NCBI GenBank assembly: GCA_044349305.1
Contig: JBIKRF010000004.1
Location: 2,324 to 66,323 of the forward strand
From: Flavobacteriales bacterium
GTDB taxonomy: Bacteria; Bacteroidota; Bacteroidia; Flavobacteriales_D; Sanyastnellaceae
Direction: 5' to 3'
Length of the DNA: 64,000 bases
Under the pieces are notes generated by a model. That model saw only the letters and a program-made list of their open reading frames with translations, searched no databases and had not been told where the DNA came from. Shown here in pieces: positions 10,241-17,802 of this stretch; the first letter of the stretch is position 1, and the number at the start of each line of letters is the position of its first letter. Made by a program: the position numbers and the translations under genes.

Positions 10241-10366
10241 ACCAAATTGTAATGTTACACGAGCACACTTACAAAATCACTGCGGCATGGACCTGGAACA
10301 AAGGTAAAGGGACTAAAAACGTAAGAACATACGATTGAAGTCATACAGTAACAATTGAAGTAAAGC

Positions 10367-11185
10367 ATGCCCCTTCCCCATCAAATTGAAAAACCGATTA
10401 AGCGTAGTTTTCTTCGAAGTAAATTGGGGAAAGAATATTTCATTTTGAAAAGAAGATTGGTGTGGTTTCTTGAGCGAAAGAAATTTGCAAAAGTTAATGC
10501 TGATGCTGAACTCACTCATTCGCTGATTCAACACAAATCCGTGATGCTTCGTCCTTTGAAAGATGTAGACATGTATCTTCAGCACAACAAGGTTACGAAT
10601 CTGAAAATTGCTACTCAGCGAATGCACAAAGTTGTCATTCTTCCGGGACAAGTCTTTTCGTTATGGAAATTGGTTGGAAGACCGACTGCGAATAAAGGGT
10701 ATTTGGAAGGGCTCGCGCTTCACAATGGCAACATTTCTACCGACATTGGCGGAGGACTTTGTCAGCTTGGAAATCTTCTTTATTGGATGGCGCTTCACAC
10801 ACCTTTGACAATAAAAGAACGTTGGAGACATGGCTACGATGTTTTTCCAGATGTGAATAGAACCATTCCGTTCGCATGCGGGGCAACGCTTTCATACAAC
10901 TACATTGATTTGCAATTGGAAAACAAAACGTCTCATTCCTTTCAAATATTCTTGTGGTTAGACGATAAAAATCTGAACGGCGAAATCCGCTGTAACGAAA
11001 ATTTAAATTTAGATTACCGCATTTATGAAACAGATCATCTGTTCCAGCATCAGTGGTGGGGCGGCTATACACGTCACAATAAAATTTGGAAGTCGATTCA
11101 CGACAAATCAACCGGTCTCACCAATGAAGAATTGGTAAGTGAGAACAATGCGATTATGATGTATAATCCTTTGATTGAAAAATAA
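10367..11185 (+). CDS. VanW family protein
   Basis: VanW-domain core GGGLCQLGNLLYWMALHTPL...RWRHGYDVFP. Confidence 0.8.
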   Translation: MPLPHQIEKPIKRSFLRSKLGKEYFILKRRLVWFLERKKFAKVNADAELTHSLIQHKSVMLRPLKDVDMYLQHNKVTNLKIATQRMHKVVILPGQVFSLWKLVGRPTANKGYLEGLALHNGNISTDIGGGLCQLGNLLYWMALHTPLTIKERWRHGYDVFPDVNRTIPFACGATLSYNYIDLQLENKTSHSFQIFLWLDDKNLNGEIRCNENLNLDYRIYETDHLFQHQWWGGYTRHNKIWKSIHDKSTGLTNEELVSENNAIMMYNPLIEK

Positions 11186-11189
11186 TTTT

Positions 11190-11660
11190 CACTTTGAAAG
11201 AATGTACTTCGTACGAATGCCTTTGGCGAATGCTACGCGAATGTCTTCGACTTTCTAATCTTGAAGATGAGTGAGTATTTGAGACACCAGCCCATCCATT
11301 TTAGAGCCATGTTTCAAGAATGAAGTCGCAAATTGCGACATCATTTTCAGGGTTCCAATTTGTGACCTTGAACCTGAAATAGTCTCTGAAGCACTTGAAT
11401 TTATTGAGGAATTCAAGGTTGCAAATTGTGACCTTGAACGTTATCCCCCAGCTTCACTGGGGGCATTTCGGATGCCACTCGCAGAGCGAGCTCTAGGCAA
11501 CGCAGTTCCAATTATGAAATAGGAATTACGAAGTAGGACCAATCTTCTTCGAAGATCAATTGCAAGCAATCAATCAACTGCGTTGATTAATCCTTCGGAT
11601 TGACGAATAAGCAGCATATAAACTGCATATAAAAATTGGTGTTTATGCCAACTAGCCAAT
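11190..11660. repeat. Mosaic intergenic region built from repeat modules C, A, B, E and D
   Basis: Module C is at 11215-11257 and A at 11464-11500. B is at 11505-11538, E at 11553-11603 and D at 11604-11655. The region also holds the direct repeat (c/g)aa(t/a)ttgtgaccttgaac at about 11365 and 11421, and hairpins gtcgca-aat-tgcgac and ccccag-cttca-ctgggg. Confidence 0.8.
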
Positions 11661-11681
11661 TCAACTTTGTGGCTAAAAAAA

Positions 11682-12485
11682 ATGGCGAAAATAAAAGTTC
11701 AAACAACGGAAATTTCAATTATTCAATTCAACGAAAATGATTTTATTTCACTAACCGATATTTCTTCGGGATTCAAAGAAGGAAGTGGTCTAATTAGCAA
11801 ATGGATAACCAACAAGAACACTCTTGAGTATTTATCGATATGGGAAAGAATTCATAATGTTAATTTCAATTACCCCGAATTCGGTGTAATTGAAAAAGAT
11901 TCCGGCGTTAACAGATTTACAATGTCCGTTGGTCAATGGATAAGTCGAACAGCGGCAAAAGGATTGACTGTAAAATCTGGTCGCTATGGCGGGACATATG
12001 CTCACAAAGACATTGCATTTCATTTCGCAATGTGGTTAAGTCCTGAGTTTCAAATTTATTTGATCCAAGAATTTCAAAGATTAAAACAACAAGAGTATAA
12101 GGATCTTGGCTGGTCGGTAAAAAGAGAATTAGCTAAAGTGAATTATCACATTCAGACACAAGCAATCAAGGATTTCATTGTTCCAAAATTGCTTAGCAAA
12201 GATCAAGTGAATACTATTTATGCCAATGAAGCTGATTTATTGAATGTCGCATTATTTGGATTTACCGCTCGCGAATGGAGAGATCGCAACCCAAGTCTTC
12301 AAGGTAACATTCGCGACTATGCGAGTATGAATGAACTTATTTGTTTGTCGAATTTAGAGAACATTAATTCTTTGCTTATTCAAGAGAAGTTAGAACAAAA
12401 AGAAAGGCTTGTTAAACTCAACCAATTGGCTATTCAGCAAATGACTGTGCTGCAAAATTTGAAATCTCGGGATTTGCTGAGATAA
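11682..12485 (+). CDS. KilA-N domain-containing protein
   Basis: MAKIKVQTTEISIIQFNENDFISLTDI...GRYGGTYAHKDIAFHFAMWLSPEFQIYLIQEFQRLK matches the Bacteroidota KilA-N family. The ATG at 11682 is preferred over the TTG at 11667. Confidence 0.85.
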   Translation: MAKIKVQTTEISIIQFNENDFISLTDISSGFKEGSGLISKWITNKNTLEYLSIWERIHNVNFNYPEFGVIEKDSGVNRFTMSVGQWISRTAAKGLTVKSGRYGGTYAHKDIAFHFAMWLSPEFQIYLIQEFQRLKQQEYKDLGWSVKRELAKVNYHIQTQAIKDFIVPKLLSKDQVNTIYANEADLLNVALFGFTAREWRDRNPSLQGNIRDYASMNELICLSNLENINSLLIQEKLEQKERLVKLNQLAIQQMTVLQNLKSRDLLR

Positions 12486-12539
12486 GGTAACAGCACTGAA
12501 GTTGTAATTAAGCATTCGGAATTTCTAATCCACTTCGTT

Positions 12540-12713
12540 GACCAATCCCGAAGGGAAAAATCCTTACAGGACCAATCCCGAAGGGATGTATCCGCTAGCG
12601 GACTGATCCACAGAGTGGATGTATCCCGAAGGGACAAATCCACACAGGACCAATCCCGAAGGGATGCATCCGCTATGCGGACTGATCCACAGAGTGGATG
12701 TATCCCGAAGGGA
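12540..12713. repeat. Structured tandem repeat (about 78-bp period, 2 full copies; core atcccgaaggga x5)
   Basis: Copies at 12567-12634 and 12645-12713 are nearly identical. Each contains the palindromes ggatgYatcc and tccgctagcgga and the hairpin atccac-agag-gtggat. Confidence 0.9.
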
Positions 12714-12722
12714 ACTTCGCTC

Positions 12723-12746
12723 TTACGTCTTTCGACGTATTTTTCA
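12723..12746 (+). terminator. Terminator-like hairpin downstream of the KilA-N gene and the repeat
   Basis: Stem tacgtc/gacgta with loop tttc, followed by ttttt. Confidence 0.5.
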
Positions 12747-12900
12747 ACCCCACCGCTCCTATTCTATTTCTGGCAAATGCTCCCAATTGCCCTATAAATC
12801 TAGCAAATAGACTTCAACGATTTTTGGGAAGGAGAGAAATGATGAAATCTGGGGTTGAATGAATGAGGAATTTAAGTACTTTTAAATAAACGTAATAAAT

Positions 12901-13581
12901 TTGAAAAAGATACTCTTCATACTTGGAATTTTAGGACTGACACTTTGTGAAGGGCTTTACGGTTATAGCCACTTTTTCAACTCAAATGACAGGCTTGAAA
13001 TCTCAAGAAAAGAAGTAGAAAAACTTACAGAGCAAGGCCAAATACAAAATGGTGATCTCATTTTTCAAACCTCACTCTCTGAGCAGAGCAAAGCCATTCA
13101 ACTTGCGACGAACTCTAAATACTCTCATTGCGGAATTGTATTCAGTAAAAACAATGAGTTCTATGTGTTAGAAGCTATTCAGCCGGTTAAGAAAACTCCG
13201 CTTGACAAATGGATTGCTCGAGGTAAAGACGGACATTATGTAATTAAACGATTGAAAAATGCCGATGAAGTTTTGACAGCCGAGGTACTGCAAAAAATGA
13301 AAAGAGAAGGAGAGAAATTCCAAGGCAAAAAATATGATTTGACATTCGAGTGGTCAGACGAAAAAATGTACTGCTCTGAATTGATTTGGAAAATCTATCA
13401 ACGCGCCGCAGGAATTGAAATTGGAAAACTTCAGCATCTTGAAGAGTTTGACTTGACAAACAATGTGGTTCGAAAAAAGCTGAACGAACGATACGGGGAA
13501 AAGATTCCACTGAATGAGATTGTCATTTCCCCTGCTGCTATTTTTGAAAGCGATCTATTGATAACGGTTAAATCGAATTGA
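12901..13581 (+). CDS. YiiX/YaeF-like permuted papain-fold (NlpC/P60 superfamily) hydrolase
   Basis: TTG start and a signal peptide. It has the YSHCGIV block and the later MYCSELIWKIY block, which holds the catalytic Cys and is typical of the permuted papain-like amidase family. Confidence 0.65.
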   Translation: MKKILFILGILGLTLCEGLYGYSHFFNSNDRLEISRKEVEKLTEQGQIQNGDLIFQTSLSEQSKAIQLATNSKYSHCGIVFSKNNEFYVLEAIQPVKKTPLDKWIARGKDGHYVIKRLKNADEVLTAEVLQKMKREGEKFQGKKYDLTFEWSDEKMYCSELIWKIYQRAAGIEIGKLQHLEEFDLTNNVVRKKLNERYGEKIPLNEIVISPAAIFESDLLITVKSN

Positions 13582-13611
13582 TGACTGACGAGCTAAAAAA
13601 ATTAGACTAAC

Positions 13612-14643
13612 ATGCTTAGAATCTACCTCCCCATTGCGTTTGCAGTACTTTTCATTCTATGGGTTCTATTTCGATTGATCGTGAAGCGTGATTTGAAGAA
13701 GCATCTGAATACCGTTTATCTCGGATTGTTTTTCGGGGTGGTGTGGGCGGTGATTTACTTTTTTATCTTCACTCCTGTACCTGTTGAAGGTGCGGAGAAG
13801 GTGGATCGGACAAATGAATTGAAAAAGCAGATTGAACAAATCTTGGCCGATAAAAAAGCGGCGGTTGGAATTTCTATTTCAGGAGAAAATGGGAACGATA
13901 CGCTTTCGATCAATGGGAATATGCACTGCCCTACTCAGAGCGCTTACAAAATGCACATTGGTCTAGCAATGCTTGATAAAATTGATCGCGGCGAATTTAG
14001 TCTCGATCAGAAAATAAAAATATCCAAAGACGACTTGCCTGTTGATGCGTATTGGAATCCGCTTGGAACAGATTTTCCTGATGGAGGAGATCTTTCCGTT
14101 GCGCAACTGATTCAGTACTGTATTTCGCACAGTGATAATATCGCTTGCGATACTTTAATTGGAATGGTTGGTTCTCCCAAAGATGTGGAATCTTACTTCA
14201 AAAAGAACAACATTCAAGATCTTCAATTTGCATACAACGAACGCACCATGCAGTCGAAATGGGAAAACATGTTTCAGAATTGGATTACTCCGAATGCCGC
14301 TGTTCAAACGTTGCGGTTGTTCTATGAAAATAAAAACGGCTTGCTCTCTCCTTCGAGCTACAACTTCTTCTGGCAAACCATGAAAGAAACCTCCACCGGC
14401 GTGAAGCGTCTGAAAGGACTCTTGCCCGAAGGAACAGTTGTGGCGCACAAAACGGGCTCTTCAGGAACGAACGACGCAGGATTAACTTCAGCCACCAACG
14501 ATTGGGGAGTTGTATTCCTTCCGAATGGACATTATTTCATCATTAGCGTTTTGGTTACCAACTCTTACGAAAGCGAAGAGACGAATGAAAGGATTATAGC
14601 GGAGGTGTGTAAATTGGCGTATGACTTCTTTCTTATAAGTTAA
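13612..14643 (+). CDS. Class A beta-lactamase homologue with an N-terminal two-helix membrane anchor
   Basis: Motifs appear in class A order: SxxK (SAYK), SDN (SHSDNIA) and KTG (HKTGSS). The first 55 or so aa form two hydrophobic helices rather than a cleavable signal peptide. Confidence 0.75.
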   Translation: MLRIYLPIAFAVLFILWVLFRLIVKRDLKKHLNTVYLGLFFGVVWAVIYFFIFTPVPVEGAEKVDRTNELKKQIEQILADKKAAVGISISGENGNDTLSINGNMHCPTQSAYKMHIGLAMLDKIDRGEFSLDQKIKISKDDLPVDAYWNPLGTDFPDGGDLSVAQLIQYCISHSDNIACDTLIGMVGSPKDVESYFKKNNIQDLQFAYNERTMQSKWENMFQNWITPNAAVQTLRLFYENKNGLLSPSSYNFFWQTMKETSTGVKRLKGLLPEGTVVAHKTGSSGTNDAGLTSATNDWGVVFLPNGHYFIISVLVTNSYESEETNERIIAEVCKLAYDFFLIS

Positions 14644-14806
14644 GAGAGGTTAAGAGAGGGGAAGAATGCCGTTGGCGAATGTGCTTTGCACGAATGCTTC
14701 GTGAATGTCTTCGACTTCCTGAAAACGTAGTTCCAACAACGTAGTTCCAACGAATAAACAGCATATAACTAGCACATAAAAATTAGTGTTTATGCACACT
14801 CAGCTA
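14644..14806. repeat. Mosaic intergenic region built from repeat modules C, B and D
   Basis: Module C is at 14664-14720 (gaatgccgttggcgaatg...gaatgtcttcgacttcct). B is at 14725-14751 (acgtagttccaac x2) and D at 14752-14806. Confidence 0.8.
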
Positions 14807-14825
14807 TGTAGGTTTACAAATAAAA

Positions 14826-15134
14826 ATGCCTACAATATTTGAGTATTTCGGAATACGCCTTGTGTTCTTTTCTAATGAACATTTTCCAATTCACATTCAT
14901 GCTTTTTACAGTGAAGAATATGGAATGAGAATTGAGTTCAAGATTGAAAATAGTATTATTACTGAAATCACCTATCGAACGCAAAAGGGGTACAAGACTT
15001 TCCCTCCAAAACAGCGCAGAGATCTGACAAAATTAATTTCAGCTCATCAGTATGAGATTGTAAATGATTGGATTAATTTTGTTGTACTCAACAATCGGGT
15101 TGAACGGAAAATTATCACTCAACGCATTAAATAA
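14826..15134 (+). CDS. DUF4160 domain-containing protein
   Basis: 102 aa; the FFSNEHFPIHIHAFY block is characteristic of DUF4160. Confidence 0.7.
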   Translation: MPTIFEYFGIRLVFFSNEHFPIHIHAFYSEEYGMRIEFKIENSIITEITYRTQKGYKTFPPKQRRDLTKLISAHQYEIVNDWINFVVLNNRVERKIITQRIK

Positions 15135-15373
15135 TGAAACTAACTTCAGCGACATACCTCAATGACTATTCGGTTGAGTTGTTTTTTTCTGACGGAGAGA
15201 GAAGAACCGTGGACTTCAAATCTTTTTTATCAACCGCTTCCAATCCCATGACAAAAGCATTTTTGGATTTATCTAAATTCAAGAATTTCGAAGTCACTCA
15301 AGGATATCTTTCTTGGAACAACGGTGAAATGGATTTTTCCGCTGACTCGCTGTATTCTTGGAGGGATAAATAA
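15134..15373 (+). CDS. DUF2442 domain-containing protein
   Basis: 79 aa with a TAATG overlap with the DUF4160 gene. The typical pattern is present (V..D..L.V.F.DG......L......L...). Confidence 0.65.
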   Translation: MKLTSATYLNDYSVELFFSDGERRTVDFKSFLSTASNPMTKAFLDLSKFKNFEVTQGYLSWNNGEMDFSADSLYSWRDK

Positions 15374-15375
15374 AG

Positions 15376-15636
15376 AATGTCCTTCGGGCGAATGCTTTCA
15401 ATCCTTGAGGATCAATCACTGCGTGATCAATTGCAATGCAATCAATCCTTCGGATTAATCGGAACGATTGATCGCAACGCGATTGATTCGAAGAATTGAT
15501 CACGCAGTGATTGATCTGAAAGATTGATTCAAAGAATTGATCACGCAGTGATTGATCTGAAAGATTGATTCAAAGAATTGATCACGCAGTGATTGATCTG
15601 AAAGATTGATTCAAAGAATTGATCACAAAGTGATTG
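15376..15636. repeat. Repeat modules C and E followed by a 41-bp tandem array (about 3.5 copies)
   Basis: The unit gaattgatcacgcagtgattgatctgaaagattgattcaaa starts at 15493, 15534, 15575 and 15616; the last copy is degenerate. Module E at 15410-15470 matches 11553-11603. Confidence 0.9.
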
Positions 15637-15663
15637 AAATCGGCATATTAGCCGATTTTTTTT
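15637..15663 (+). terminator. Rho-independent terminator at the end of the tandem array
   Basis: Stem aaatcggc/gccgattt with loop atatta, followed by a T-run of 8 or more. Confidence 0.65.
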
Positions 15664-15777
15664 GTATATTCGCGTCCCTTTTTGGGTAGTGATAAGACGC
15701 TGAGTCACTGAACAATAACTAACTCTTTCATTCCGTATGCGTGCGAAGGCGAATGAAATACAAATTAACAATGCCCC

Positions 15778-17736
15778 ATGGCAGAAGAATTAAATCCAGC
15801 TGAAGAAGCTGAAAACACGGTTCCAACCACCGAAGGAACTGAAAACACTGAAGCTACTGCTTCTGCATCTTTAGAAGAAGAAGTTGCTTCTGAAGAACCA
15901 CTAGAGTTGTACAGCACTGCTGACGACGCTGCTTTCATGAATGAAAATGGCGAGTTCAGCTGGGAAGCTTACGAAGCTTCTGGTGGATACAGTGATGATG
16001 AGCGTTCACGCTACGATTCATTGTACGAAAACACATTGTCTACAATTGCTGAAAAAACAGTAATTGAAGGAACTGTTGTTTCTGTAGGAAAGAAAGAAGT
16101 TGTAATAAACATCGGATACAAGTCTGAAGGTGTTGTTGCGGTAACTGAATTCCGTTACAATCCAGATCTTAAAGCTGGTGATCGCGTTCCTGTTTATGTT
16201 GAATTACAAGAAGACAAAAACGGACAATTAATCGTTTCTCACAAGACTGCTCGTTTGTTCAGCGCTTGGGGTAACGTTAATGCAGCTCTTGAGTCTGGCG
16301 AAATCATTAAAGGTGAAGTTAAGTGTCGCACGAAAGGCGGACTTATCGTTGACGTATTCGGTATCGAAGCGTTCTTACCTGGATCTCAAATCGACGTTAA
16401 ACCAATTCGTGATTACGATGTGTACGTTGGAAAAATTATGGAATTGAAAGTTGTTAAGATTAACAACGAATTCAAAAACGTAGTTGTTTCTCACAAAGCG
16501 CTTATCGAAGCTGAATTGGAAGAACAGAAAAAACAAATCATGTCTGGCCTTGAAAAAGGACAAGTATTGGAAGGTGTGGTTAAAAACATCACAAGCTACG
16601 GTGTATTCGTTGACCTTGGCGGCGTAGATGGATTGATTCACATTACTGACCTTTCTTGGGGACGTATTGTTCATCCTGAAGAGATTGTTCAATTGGATTC
16701 TAAAATCAACGTTGTTATTCTTGACTTCGATGATGACAAGAAGCGTATCGCTCTTGGCTTGAAACAATTGTCTGCTCACCCATGGGATGCTATTCAAGAT
16801 ACTTTGGAAGTTGGACAAAAGATTACAGGTAAAGTGGTTGTTCTTGCAGACTACGGTGCATTCGTTGAGATTGCTCCTGGTGTAGAAGGATTGATTCACG
16901 TTTCTGAAATGTCTTGGAGTTCACACTTACGTTCTGCTCAAGATTTCTTGAAAGTAGGACAGGAAGTTGAGGCTGTAATCCTTAGCATGGAAAAAGACGA
17001 GCGTAAATTAAGCCTTGGATTGAAGCAATTGACTTCTGATCCATGGGACGGAATTGAGTCTCGTTTCCCTGTAGGAAGCAAGCACACAGCTAAAGTTCGT
17101 GCATTCACTACATTCGGTATCTTCTGCGAATTAGCAGACGGAATCGACGGTCTTGTTCACATCTCTGACCTTTCTTGGTCTAAGAAGATTAAGCATCCAA
17201 GTGAGTTCTGCGCTATCGGAGATGACTTAGGTGTTGTTGTTTTGGAATTGGATCGTGAAGGACGTAAGATCAGCTTAGGACACAAGCAAGTGGAAGAAAA
17301 TCCATGGGATGTGTTCGAAACTGTATTCGTTGAAGGAACCAAGCATCAAGGAACAATCGTGAAGAAAGAAGGTAACCATTGTGTTGTTGCTCTTCCTTAC
17401 GGTTTAGAAGGATTCTGCTTGAACAAAAACATGAAGAAAGAAGACGGTGCTACTGCGAAAGTGGAAGAAACGCTTGACTTCATCGTTCTTGAATTCAACA
17501 AGAACCAACGTAAGATTGCTGTATCTCACACACAAACTTGGAAGCCAGAAGAAATCACTTCTACTCCATCTTCAGATGCTAAGCCTAAGCGCGCAGGTGC
17601 AGGTGCAGGTGCTAAGAAAGAAGACAACAATTCAGCTGTGAAGCAAGTTAACTCTCAAGTTGAGAAATCAACTCTTGGTGACTTAGGTGCATTGGCTGCA
17701 TTGAAAGAAAAAATGGACGGAGAAGAAGGAGCATAA
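15778..17736 (+). CDS. rpsA: 30S ribosomal protein S1 with an acidic N-terminal extension and a basic/low-complexity C-terminal extension
   Basis: 652 aa with six S1 (OB-fold) repeats, for example GVFVDLGGVDGLIHITDLSW and GAFVEIAPGVEGLIHVSEMSW. Confidence 0.95.
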   Translation: MAEELNPAEEAENTVPTTEGTENTEATASASLEEEVASEEPLELYSTADDAAFMNENGEFSWEAYEASGGYSDDERSRYDSLYENTLSTIAEKTVIEGTVVSVGKKEVVINIGYKSEGVVAVTEFRYNPDLKAGDRVPVYVELQEDKNGQLIVSHKTARLFSAWGNVNAALESGEIIKGEVKCRTKGGLIVDVFGIEAFLPGSQIDVKPIRDYDVYVGKIMELKVVKINNEFKNVVVSHKALIEAELEEQKKQIMSGLEKGQVLEGVVKNITSYGVFVDLGGVDGLIHITDLSWGRIVHPEEIVQLDSKINVVILDFDDDKKRIALGLKQLSAHPWDAIQDTLEVGQKITGKVVVLADYGAFVEIAPGVEGLIHVSEMSWSSHLRSAQDFLKVGQEVEAVILSMEKDERKLSLGLKQLTSDPWDGIESRFPVGSKHTAKVRAFTTFGIFCELADGIDGLVHISDLSWSKKIKHPSEFCAIGDDLGVVVLELDREGRKISLGHKQVEENPWDVFETVFVEGTKHQGTIVKKEGNHCVVALPYGLEGFCLNKNMKKEDGATAKVEETLDFIVLEFNKNQRKIAVSHTQTWKPEEITSTPSSDAKPKRAGAGAGAKKEDNNSAVKQVNSQVEKSTLGDLGALAALKEKMDGEEGA

Positions 17737-17760
17737 TCTAACTTCCCCCTCTTAAATATA

Positions 17761-17788
17761 AAAACCTCCTTCGGGAGGTTTTTTTTTA
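17761..17788 (+). terminator. Rho-independent terminator after rpsA
   Basis: Stem aaaacctcc/ggaggtttt with loop ttcg, followed by a T-run. Confidence 0.8.
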
Positions 17789-17802
17789 CCTTTAACTTTC
17801 CA

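Noticed and set aside
11667-12485. Prophage or integrative element, suggested by the KilA-N gene
   Set aside because: No integrase, recombinase, capsid, terminase or other phage genes are adjacent. Standalone KilA-N genes of this type are frequent in Bacteroidota chromosomes.
12434-12810. Three overlapping ORFs of 60-69 aa on both strands (12434-12643 minus, 12615-12797 plus, 12619-12810 plus)
   Set aside because: They lie entirely within the 78-bp structured repeat and translate to repetitive RD/SRRD or PEG peptides. They are artefacts of repeat periodicity.
12896-12903. TAnnTTTG match (taaatttg) as a promoter for the YiiX-like gene
   Set aside because: It overlaps the only plausible start codon (TTG 12901) of that gene, so it cannot serve as its -7 element. 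It is a likely chance match in AT-rich sequence.
5859-14643. Antibiotic-resistance island (serine hydrolase, VanW and class A beta-lactamase together)
   Set aside because: - There are no van ligase/dehydrogenase/dipeptidase genes and no mobile-element genes.
- VanW-domain and beta-lactamase-fold proteins are common chromosomal housekeeping or accessory genes in Bacteroidota.
- The grouping is better described as a generic accessory stretch.
15493-15640. Possible CRISPR array (regular 41-bp periodicity)
   Set aside because: The units are contiguous, with no unique spacers between them. There are only about 3.5 copies and no cas genes nearby. This is a plain tandem repeat.
16375-16899. Long antisense or alternative-frame ORFs inside well-supported genes: 16375-16899 in rpsA, 23609-24259 in the M49 gene, 21838-22314 in the DEAD-box gene, 45003-45479 in the lipoprotein gene, 4039-4449 in pnp and 28831-29226 in prfA
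   Set aside because: Each lies fully within a gene that has strong family motifs on the other strand or frame. Their translations are low-complexity and unlike any known family.
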